Part shown: positions 1-7,488 of the stretch, piece by piece
How the letters are laid out: each line of letters begins with the position of its first letter
How positions within the stretch are numbered: the stretch's first letter is position 1
Assembly: GCA_041660065.1 (NCBI GenBank)
Contig: JBAZXC010000007.1
Coordinates: 1 to 46,976 of the forward strand
DNA from: Parcubacteria group bacterium
GTDB lineage: Bacteria > Patescibacteriota > Minisyncoccia > Moranbacterales > GCA-2747515
Direction of reading: 5' to 3'
DNA: 46,976 nucleotides
Position numbers and translations under genes: made by a program
The notes under the pieces: model-generated
What the model saw: only the letters and a program-made list of their open reading frames with translations
Told to the model about the DNA's origin: nothing
The model's database searches: none

Positions 1-425
1 AAAATGATGTACTTCGATTGGCTGATATGCTTGCGATCGATCCAAACAAAATTATTGTCGCAACAGAAGAAGGTGATGTCACCATCACAGGCATCATGAC
101 AACAGACACACTCGTTGCAGAGGATGTGCAGACAAAGAAACTCACCATCGATGACAACGTCACAACAACGGATGAAAACGAAGAAGAGATCAATGCCGCA
201 TCTGTGGGGACAGCGACAATTCCTGCAAATGAAACAGAGATCACAGTACAAACAACCGCCATCACAGAGGATAGCAGGGTGTTTGTGACGGTGCGTGGCG
301 ATCAGGCAGTGGACGTGACACTTACCGTGACGGATGTTGAGAAAGGTGCATGTACAGTGCGTATCCCGGAAGCAAAAAAAGATGATGTGATCTTTGATTG
401 GTTTGTGGTGAGGAGTGCGCAATAA
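1..425 (+). CDS. C-terminal part of a larger protein, probably a surface protein. The ORF is open to the 5' window edge (frame 3).
   Basis: No stop upstream of the listed ORF 18..425 in frame. T/D/V/E-rich beta-type sequence. The A+C-rich sense strand resembles the 3' part of the ORF at 44589..46976. Confidence 0.55.
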   Translation, partial: NDVLRLADMLAIDPNKIIVATEEGDVTITGIMTTDTLVAEDVQTKKLTIDDNVTTTDENEEEINAASVGTATIPANETEITVQTTAITEDSRVFVTVRGDQAVDVTLTVTDVEKGACTVRIPEAKKDDVIFDWFVVRSAQ

Positions 426-447
426 AATCCCTTGATTTTGCGGTCAC

Positions 448-476
448 TGTGGATTCCCGCCTTCGCGGGAATGACA
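448..476 (-). repeat. GTCAT-headed hairpin repeat (stem ATTCCCGC/GCGGGAAT, loop CTTC)
   Basis: Reverse complement reads TGTCATTCCCGCGAAGGCGGGAATCCACA. Same unit as 21947..21992 but without the insert. Confidence 0.85.
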
Positions 477-526
477 TGTTGATCGATTCTGCAAAACTTT
501 TTTTTCGTCATTTTCAACTTTCCCCT

Positions 527-553
527 TGTCATCCCCAACTCGATTGGGGATCC
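527..553 (+). repeat. GTCAT-headed hairpin repeat (stem ATCCCCAA/TTGGGGAT)
   Basis: Sequence is GTCATCCCCAACTCGATTGGGGATCC, an 8-bp perfect stem. Confidence 0.85.
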
Positions 554-583
554 ATAAGTTCCCAGTAGTCTTGCAGTTTTTTT

Positions 584-610
584 GCAGGAGTAGGCTTGTA
601 GCCTGCTCCT
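584..610 (+). repeat. Hairpin GGAGTAGGC-TTGTA-GCCTGCTCC. The upstream TTGCAGGAG (583-591) can alternatively pair with CTCCTGCAA (657-665).
   Basis: 9-bp stem with one G-T pair. The second 9-bp complement lies downstream. Confidence 0.6.
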
Positions 611-714
611 TTCATTTTATTTCGTACAAAAAATATATGAAGCACAGTACAACTGTGCTCCTGCAATGTAGCAAAGGTCACACATAATTGTTGCAACGTG
701 TGATCTTCAAAAAA

Positions 715-741
715 TTAGCACTCTTGATATGAGATTGCTAA
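715..741 (+). promoter_or_regulatory. CIRCE (HrcA operator) inverted repeat upstream of dnaJ
   Basis: TTAGCACTC-N9-GATTGCTAA versus consensus TTAGCACTC-N9-GAGTGCTAA (one mismatch). It lies 78 nt upstream of the dnaJ ATG. Confidence 0.8.
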
Positions 742-818
742 TTTTTGTTTTGTGTGATATGATGTGCCGTAGTGTATACAAAAAATCACTCTAAACTTAC
801 TATTCCATAACGCAATAT

Positions 819-1910
819 ATGGCAAAAAATTACTATGACATTCTCGGTATATCAAAGAGTGCTTCTGAGAGCGAGATCAAAAAAGCATATCGGACAATGG
901 CGCACAAATATCATCCCGATAAAAATGGTGGCAATGAGGCAAAGTTCAAAGAAGTTAATGAAGCCTATCAAGTGTTGTCAAACAAAGAAAAACGTGCACA
1001 ATATGATCAATTTGGTCAGACGTTCAATAATGCCGGCGGATTTTCCGCCCAAGGCGGACCAGCCTCGGGCTGGGACTTTTCACAATTCCAACAAGGCGCT
1101 GGAGGGCAGGGTTTTGAATTCAATTTTGGCGGGGATGGGATGGGGGATATTTTCTCAGAGATGTTTGGCGGGGGTGGTCGTCGTAGTCGTCGCGGACGCG
1201 ATGTGCAAGTTGACGTCGAGATCAGTTTTATGGAGATGATCCATGGGGTGAAAAAGGAGATTTCCATATACAAATCCGTATGGTGCAGTCATTGTGATGG
1301 CAAAGGCGGTGAGCCGGGAAGTGGAGAAAATACATGCGGTACATGCAAAGGGAGTGGGCACATCCAAAAGCGGATGCAAACAATTCTTGGAACGATCGCA
1401 CAGACGGTGATATGCGATACATGCCATGGCAAAGGGAAGACATTTGAAAAGAAATGTACAAAATGCAAAGGTGTCGGACATTATCGTGAGGAAGTGCGCG
1501 AGACAGTGGAGATCCCTGCCGGCATTCATGATGGACAAGCGATTGCGATCTCGGGTCACGGTGAGATCGGTGAGGGTGGTACGATGGCGGGTGATCTGAT
1601 CGTGTCGGTGCATGTGGTGCAAGATCGGAAATTCATGCGGGACGGCAATGACATTCGCACAAAAAAACATATTTCTTTTGCGCAAGCGGCACTGGGCGAT
1701 AAGGTAATGGTGGAGACAGTTGACGGCGACGTAAAGATGAAAATTCCTTCCGGCACGCAATCCGGCGAGATATATCGTATGCGCGGCAAAGGCGTGCCAA
1801 AATTACGTGGGATCGGTCGCGGAGATCATCTTGTTGAAGTGGTCGTGGATGTGCCGACGAAATTGTCGCGAGAAGAAAAAAGACTTATTGAACAATTACG
1901 CGATCTATAA
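819..1910 (+). CDS. dnaJ: Molecular chaperone DnaJ
   Basis: J domain with HPD (AHKYHPDKN), G/F-rich linker, four CxxCxGxG zinc-finger motifs and a C-terminal substrate-binding domain. Confidence 0.97.
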   Translation: MAKNYYDILGISKSASESEIKKAYRTMAHKYHPDKNGGNEAKFKEVNEAYQVLSNKEKRAQYDQFGQTFNNAGGFSAQGGPASGWDFSQFQQGAGGQGFEFNFGGDGMGDIFSEMFGGGGRRSRRGRDVQVDVEISFMEMIHGVKKEISIYKSVWCSHCDGKGGEPGSGENTCGTCKGSGHIQKRMQTILGTIAQTVICDTCHGKGKTFEKKCTKCKGVGHYREEVRETVEIPAGIHDGQAIAISGHGEIGEGGTMAGDLIVSVHVVQDRKFMRDGNDIRTKKHISFAQAALGDKVMVETVDGDVKMKIPSGTQSGEIYRMRGKGVPKLRGIGRGDHLVEVVVDVPTKLSREEKRLIEQLRDL

Positions 1911-1916
1911 TTTTCT

Positions 1917-1945
1917 ATCCCCCTTTCATAAAGGGGGATTTTATT
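1917..1945 (+). terminator. Rho-independent terminator after dnaJ
   Basis: ATCCCCCTT-TCATA-AAGGGGGAT followed by TTTATT. Confidence 0.75.
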
Positions 1946-2069
1946 GCAATTCATTGACTTTTTTGTGTTTTTGATGTAGGATACACATTCTTCGTTTTTT
2001 AACAACTGAAAATTTATTAAGTGGTCATTGTCGATATAATGATGCGGGAAGCATCGGGAGGAAGATGTG

Positions 2070-4154
2070 ATGAAGAAAAAAATTTTCGTCATTATGGTAA
2101 GTGCGATGGTCTTTGGCATTGCAACCTGGATTGTCCATGATCGCTATGAGACATTCACAGGTGAATTTTTTTTAGGCATTACTCTCTTGAGTGGTGTCAT
2201 AATCTCATTCTTGTGTACAAGAAGAGAAAAGGAAAAAAAAGAACATGAAAACATCATCAGGCAACTGCAGGAAAACACAGTTTCGTGCAACAAAAGTCAA
2301 CTGGAGATCTATTTTTTACACACACCGCTTGCGGTAATTGAATGGAATTTGGATTTTACCGTACGGTCATGGAATGATAAGGCGCAGGAGATTTTTGGAT
2401 ATTGCGCACAGGAGATGATCGGTAAGCATGCAAAGTGTCTTGTGCCGGTGTGCCATCAGGACAAAATCGTGGCAGTTGGTGATAATTTGCTCAAAGGAGG
2501 TCTTGGACAAGAAAATATTTTTAAAAACATCACGAAAGATGGTCGCATAATCTATTGTGAATGGATCAATACACCGATCAAGGAGCGGACTGGATGTATT
2601 TTATCAGTGTATTCTCTCGTGCAAGATATCACACAAAAATATTGTGCGGAAAATGATCTGCGAGACAGTCAGGAGAAGCTTGATAGGATTCTCAGCGCTT
2701 TGCATGATCTTGTTTTTGTGATCGAAGATGATGGCAGGATCAGTTATGCCAATGCAGTGGCACATGACTTGGTTGGCGTGCCAATGGAGAGGCGTGGCAA
2801 TGTACATTTTTCCGAAATTTTAAGTGATGATGATCAGAAAATCGCACGCAGGAGAATCGAGCTGGCGATCAAAACACAACGCGTATTATCTCCGCAAGTC
2901 TATCATTTACGAAAAATAGATGAGGACAATGCGGACGTGCCGGTGGAAATTGTCGCCGTGCCATTTGTGGAAGGAGGTAAACAAAAAGTTCTCGGTGTGG
3001 CGCGAGTGATTTCCGATCGGTTGGAATTGGACGAAAAGAGATCACAAGAAGAACGGATGCAATCTATCGGTGTCATGGCAGGAGGAATCGCACATGATTT
3101 CAATAACTTGCTCATGGTCATCGAAGGACATGCATCAATGCTCAAAATGAATGGTCTAAAAGATGCTGATAGACATCTGGAAAGCATCATGACGGCAGTA
3201 CAACGGTCTGTGGCTTTGACGCAACAGTTACGTACTTTTGCAAAAGGGGGCGTTTCAGTCAAAGAGGTAACTTCTGTTGCGCGAGTGATCAGGGAAACCG
3301 CAAGTTTGGTACTTGGCTCCAATTCACCAAGTCGTTGTGATTGTGATTTTGCAAACGATCTCAAGGATTCCTTTGTAGATCCAAAGCAGATCGGGCAGGT
3401 CTTTCAAAATCTCCTGATCAACGCAAGTCATGCGATGCCGAACGGAGGAATTATTCGTGTCGTTGGAAAAAATGTGAAGATCGATGAAGAAAATCAGTTA
3501 TTGATTAATCCGGGAGAGTATGTGCAATTCTCTGTACAAGATTCTGGTATAGGAATTGCACACAAATATCTTTCAAAGATCTTTGAGCCATATTTCACAA
3601 CAAAAGGTTCAAGAGAAGGCACAGGACTTGGTCTTACGGTGGCATATTCTATCATCAAAGAACACGGAGGATATATCAGCGTGGAATCAGCTCTTGGTGA
3701 AGGAACGACATTTCATGTTTATCTACCCGCCACCACATCGAAAGAATTGGGTGTGGTAGTGGTAAAAGAAAAAGAGGGTCGCAATAGATCCCTCTCTATA
3801 CTTCACGTGGAGGATCAGGATGCCAATGGAGATTTGATGGTGGAAATATTACACGCGTTTGGGCATAGTTGTGAATCAGTTGTCGATGGATCAATGGCAC
3901 TTCCATTGTACAAAAGCGCGTGTGAGACAGGGAAGTGTTTTGATCTGGTTATTACAAACCTCACGATTCCTGGTGGAATGGGTGGCTTGGAACTCATAGA
4001 AAAACTGCGAAACTATGATAAGAACGTAAAATTTATCATTACATCGGGATATGCGAAAAATCTGCCTGAGGAGTATAAGGAGATATTTTTGCAGAAACCA
4101 TTTAATATTTCGAAGATGAAAGAGTTGATTGATGTTGTCGTGAATGGACGATAA
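2070..4154 (+). CDS. Hybrid sensor histidine kinase with two N-terminal TM segments, PAS domains, HisKA, HATPase and a C-terminal receiver
   Basis: H-box IAHDFNNLL; N/G boxes (NLLINASHAMP, DSGIGI, GTGLGL); receiver-like tail (LHVEDQD...DLVITNLTIPGGMGG). GGGAGG lies 8 nt upstream of ATG 2070, and an in-frame GTG at 2067 is an alternative start. Confidence 0.9.
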   Translation: MKKKIFVIMVSAMVFGIATWIVHDRYETFTGEFFLGITLLSGVIISFLCTRREKEKKEHENIIRQLQENTVSCNKSQLEIYFLHTPLAVIEWNLDFTVRSWNDKAQEIFGYCAQEMIGKHAKCLVPVCHQDKIVAVGDNLLKGGLGQENIFKNITKDGRIIYCEWINTPIKERTGCILSVYSLVQDITQKYCAENDLRDSQEKLDRILSALHDLVFVIEDDGRISYANAVAHDLVGVPMERRGNVHFSEILSDDDQKIARRRIELAIKTQRVLSPQVYHLRKIDEDNADVPVEIVAVPFVEGGKQKVLGVARVISDRLELDEKRSQEERMQSIGVMAGGIAHDFNNLLMVIEGHASMLKMNGLKDADRHLESIMTAVQRSVALTQQLRTFAKGGVSVKEVTSVARVIRETASLVLGSNSPSRCDCDFANDLKDSFVDPKQIGQVFQNLLINASHAMPNGGIIRVVGKNVKIDEENQLLINPGEYVQFSVQDSGIGIAHKYLSKIFEPYFTTKGSREGTGLGLTVAYSIIKEHGGYISVESALGEGTTFHVYLPATTSKELGVVVVKEKEGRNRSLSILHVEDQDANGDLMVEILHAFGHSCESVVDGSMALPLYKSACETGKCFDLVITNLTIPGGMGGLELIEKLRNYDKNVKFIITSGYAKNLPEEYKEIFLQKPFNISKMKELIDVVVNGR

Positions 4155-4158
4155 TATC

Positions 4159-4200
4159 AAACCACTGTTGCATACATATGCGACAGTGGTTTTTCTTTTT
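4159..4200 (+). terminator. Rho-independent terminator after the kinase gene
   Basis: AAACCACTGT...ACAGTGGTTT stem followed by a T-run. Confidence 0.75.
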
Positions 4201-4246
4201 TTTAAAAAAAGTGATATAATGTCATCATAAAAATAAATCTAAAAAA

Positions 4247-5449
4247 ATGGAAAATACAAAGATCAAAATGATCGCAATAGGAACGCTTGCTATTGTGGCT
4301 TTTTTTGCCACCTATTTTTTTATCGCCCACAAAAATAACAAAGAAAATATCGCAAATCAATTCAAGCCAAATGGCGTTTCTCTCATTTCGCAAAACAACA
4401 ATGAATTTACACTAAACCTTGTATTTAATGGTGGAGACAAACCTGGCATTTCCAGTATCAGGTATGTTGCTCTCCTCTATAAAGTCAGTGACAATGGGGA
4501 GATTATGGGAGATTCTCCGATGGATACAAAGAGCTATGATGATCACATCATTATCGGCAAAAATGATGGAAAATCTATCACAAAAAACATATCATACGTT
4601 GCGCCGGATTATCTTGATGGAAAGTATGTACTGGTTGTGAATTATCTTGCAGAATCCGGTAATCAGATCGATTCTTTTATCGTGGGCAATGTCAATTTAC
4701 AAAGTCAAAACACCGGTTTTCTTGAGATCCTTCCAGATACATGTTTTCTCCAAGTAGAAGGAGAAGATCCAAATATCAATCACGCCAATGGACAAGGTGT
4801 TGATATCAAAAGGGACGAAAACATCATTGTCACCTGCACTGTAAAAAACCATTTTGATAAAGAAGTGACTACCAATGTAAAATTTAAAAACTTTTTTATC
4901 ACGCATGAATTAAACGAGTCTGTGGAGCAGGAAGGATTAACTTTCAGCACGGTTTCATTTGATGCAGATGTAACAAAAAACATTTCTCTCTCAATCGCAA
5001 AGGCACTTGTGCCACAAGCATATGATGTCGGTCTTTATCTCACGGATACTTCCGGCACACAGATCTCAAACATGGCATACTTTCACTATGTCATTGCAGG
5101 AGAAAGCGCACGCATTCTCAATGCAACACTGGACAGCGATCATTATGCGCAAAACACACCGATCACAGCAACGATATCCTATGGCGGTTCAGCGGACAAT
5201 TTTGATGGCGCACGACTCGGTGGCACAAAAAATGAAAAATTAACTGCAGAGATCGATGTGCGCAATCAAGCAGGTCAAAGTTGTCTGGCAGAAGAAAAGA
5301 TCACTGATCTCAGTACGGAAAAGATCGTTGATACAAATATTGTAATGAATGCAACAAGAGAATGTGCCAATCCTTTTATCGTGGCAACGATCCGCGGAAA
5401 GGATGGTGTAGTATTGGATACGAGAACATTTTTGCGTGATACTAAATAA
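4247..5449 (+). CDS. Hypothetical membrane-anchored extracytoplasmic protein (N-terminal TM, beta-rich)
   Basis: 400-aa ORF with signal-anchor IAIGTLAIVAFFATYFFIA. Extended -10 TGaTATAAT at 4212-4220. No recognisable family. Confidence 0.75.
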   Translation: MENTKIKMIAIGTLAIVAFFATYFFIAHKNNKENIANQFKPNGVSLISQNNNEFTLNLVFNGGDKPGISSIRYVALLYKVSDNGEIMGDSPMDTKSYDDHIIIGKNDGKSITKNISYVAPDYLDGKYVLVVNYLAESGNQIDSFIVGNVNLQSQNTGFLEILPDTCFLQVEGEDPNINHANGQGVDIKRDENIIVTCTVKNHFDKEVTTNVKFKNFFITHELNESVEQEGLTFSTVSFDADVTKNISLSIAKALVPQAYDVGLYLTDTSGTQISNMAYFHYVIAGESARILNATLDSDHYAQNTPITATISYGGSADNFDGARLGGTKNEKLTAEIDVRNQAGQSCLAEEKITDLSTEKIVDTNIVMNATRECANPFIVATIRGKDGVVLDTRTFLRDTK

Positions 5450-5453
5450 CTCT

Positions 5454-7289
5454 ATGACATACAAAAATATGATCATCAAAAAACAATGCAATATCTTTGG
5501 CGCAATATTATTTGTCAGTATTCTTTTTGTCGGAGTACTGATCGGCACAGAAAATGCGCGTGCATGGTGTACGGGCAATTATGAGGATCTCGGTTGGTGT
5601 GCCAGTGGAAATACGAAGCGCTTTTATTATGATGGAAGCAACCAATGTGTCAATGAACCGTGTGGTAACTGCAATTTCCCAAAATGCGGTACTGCAAATG
5701 GTGGAACATTTACAACTGCGCCCGTGGCCACCACTGCGAACTATGCTGCGACATGGGGACCTCAACCACTGTGTGGTGAATGGCGTAATGGTGCAAGTGC
5801 GGTTACGCTTGTTGGTTCTAAATGGAAGTGGACATGTCAAGCGAGCCCCTATAGTCTCAAAGTAATAAATTGTTCAGCGACAAAACCGCCACCAGTAGTT
5901 AATGGTGTGTGCGGGCCAGCAAATGGTGGTAGCTATCAAACACAACCAACATATGGTTTATGTGCAGCAGGGACTGTTATGGACATGGGAGTGGCTACAT
6001 TGTGGGATGGATGGTCTTGGTGGTGCAGTGGTTCGGGCGGGGGATCAAGTCAAGGGTGTGGTGCAGGCAAAATCACGGTAATGTGTGGCACCTTAAATGG
6101 GAGGACATATCTCGCAACTGATACAGCGTGGGGAACTGGTACGTTTTGTGGCGGAGGATATTCTATTCCCGCTTCTCCAGCATTCCCGGCACAAGGGGGT
6201 AGTACCGGGTGGCAGTGTACCGATGCAATGGGCTCTCAAGCGTGGTGTGTAGCATATCGTGCTTTACCTGTTGTATATACCTGTACGGGTACACCGCCAC
6301 AAGATGCTTTGAGATGTTCTGGCGATGACACAGGTCTTACAGCTAATACTGCATGGCAACAAGTGACATCGTGTACTGATGCGACAAAATGTGAATACAT
6401 GATGCCATCGTACTCTTGTACCGGTGGCAATCCACCACAAGGCGCAATGTGGTGTGCAGGCGATGACACAGGTCTTACAGCTAATACTGCATGGCAACAA
6501 GTGGCATCGTGTACTGATGCGACAAAATGTGAATATATCATGCCATCGTATTCTTGTACCGGTGGCAATCCACCGCAAGGTGCGATATGGTGCACAGATG
6601 ACAATGCAGGTCTCACAGCGGATACAGCATGGCAACAAGTGACATCGTGTACTGATGTGAGAAAATGTGAATACACGATGCCGTCATGTGGACCCGATAA
6701 CGGTGTATTAGTAAATAATCGACCGACCGATCCGGGGCTTTGTAGTGCGGATAGCACGTCAAGTGAGGTCACATTTGACGCAAGAGGTAATTGGCATTGG
6801 ACATGCACGCATACCAGCGTAGAATCAGGGTCGCTTGCGGTAAATTGTGAAGCGCCATCATGTCTTACAACTATGCCGGTCGATCTCCAGCCATACGTAT
6901 ATTTTAACTCTGATGGCAATCCAAATAATGCTGTGGCAACCGTCACGTGTCCAAATGTCTGCTGTGCTATTGATAGCAGTAACGGTGCAATAACTGTCTG
7001 TAATAGCGATCCTGCAGCAGGTCTGATCCCTGTATTTCCGGGAAGTCGTTCTTATCCTGCCGAATGCTGGTTTGACAATGACCACAATCGCACTAATGAC
7101 AGCAATGAGCCGAAAATATCATACCATCCGGGACGAACGATCAGCACGATGTGTACTGCACGTTCGTGCAGAAGTCAGGGGGAATGTCAGGCATTGCCAC
7201 AAGCGGCAAATACAGCACAGGCATGCAAAAGTACATGCAATTCTGATGCAGATTGTTCCAAGGGTCGCATGATCGAAACGCGACCGTAA
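5454..7289 (+). CDS. Secreted Cys-rich repeat protein (signal peptide, four CG-x-NG...W-x-W-x-C modules, three 46-aa tandem repeats, Cys-rich tail)
   Basis: Signal-like FGAILFVSILFVGVLIGTENARA. Cysteines are regularly spaced throughout. The listed ORF begins with GTG 5436 inside the upstream gene; ATG 5454 or 5469 is more likely. Confidence 0.8.
   Translation: MTYKNMIIKKQCNIFGAILFVSILFVGVLIGTENARAWCTGNYEDLGWCASGNTKRFYYDGSNQCVNEPCGNCNFPKCGTANGGTFTTAPVATTANYAATWGPQPLCGEWRNGASAVTLVGSKWKWTCQASPYSLKVINCSATKPPPVVNGVCGPANGGSYQTQPTYGLCAAGTVMDMGVATLWDGWSWWCSGSGGGSSQGCGAGKITVMCGTLNGRTYLATDTAWGTGTFCGGGYSIPASPAFPAQGGSTGWQCTDAMGSQAWCVAYRALPVVYTCTGTPPQDALRCSGDDTGLTANTAWQQVTSCTDATKCEYMMPSYSCTGGNPPQGAMWCAGDDTGLTANTAWQQVASCTDATKCEYIMPSYSCTGGNPPQGAIWCTDDNAGLTADTAWQQVTSCTDVRKCEYTMPSCGPDNGVLVNNRPTDPGLCSADSTSSEVTFDARGNWHWTCTHTSVESGSLAVNCEAPSCLTTMPVDLQPYVYFNSDGNPNNAVATVTCPNVCCAIDSSNGAITVCNSDPAAGLIPVFPGSRSYPAECWFDNDHNRTNDSNEPKISYHPGRTISTMCTARSCRSQGECQALPQAANTAQACKSTCNSDADCSKGRMIETRP
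6276..6686 (+). repeat. In-frame tandem repeat, 3 copies (135/138/138 bp), inside the Cys-rich protein gene
   Basis: Copies start at 6276, 6411 and 6549. The string ggcgatgacacaggtcttacagctaatactgcatggcaacaagtg recurs exactly 138 bp apart (6321 and 6459). Confidence 0.9.
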
Positions 7290-7337
7290 AAAATGCGATG
7301 TGGAGATGTAAAAGGAATTTCTGGGATGACAAAAGGA

Positions 7338-7378
7338 GAACCCTCGCACTGGTATGGTGAGAGGGTTTTGTCTTTTTG
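7338..7378 (+). terminator. Rho-independent terminator after the Cys-rich protein gene
   Basis: GAACCCTC...GAGGGTTT stem followed by TGTCTTTTT. Confidence 0.7.
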
Positions 7379-7488
7379 AGGATGATTGAAAATTTCATGT
7401 CATATCGCAACACATTAAATAATATTAAAAAAACGCATATGGCTATTTTTGTTTGTGGTATACTGGGAGAAGAAATAAAAAAGTTATT

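Noticed and set aside
6276-6686. CRISPR array or DGR variable/template repeat
   Set aside because: The 138-bp repeats are contiguous, in frame and encode a Cys-patterned protein repeat. There are no spacers, no cas genes and no reverse transcriptase in the window.
6236-6946. Long antisense ORFs (for example 6236..6946-, 7792..8313-, 8638..9276-, 10104..10616-, 11346..11810-, 27451..27993-, 28267..28854-, 42628..43122-)
   Set aside because: These are shadow ORFs opposite well-supported conserved genes. Their composition is Cys/His/Arg-rich and low-complexity, with no RBS and no family resemblance.
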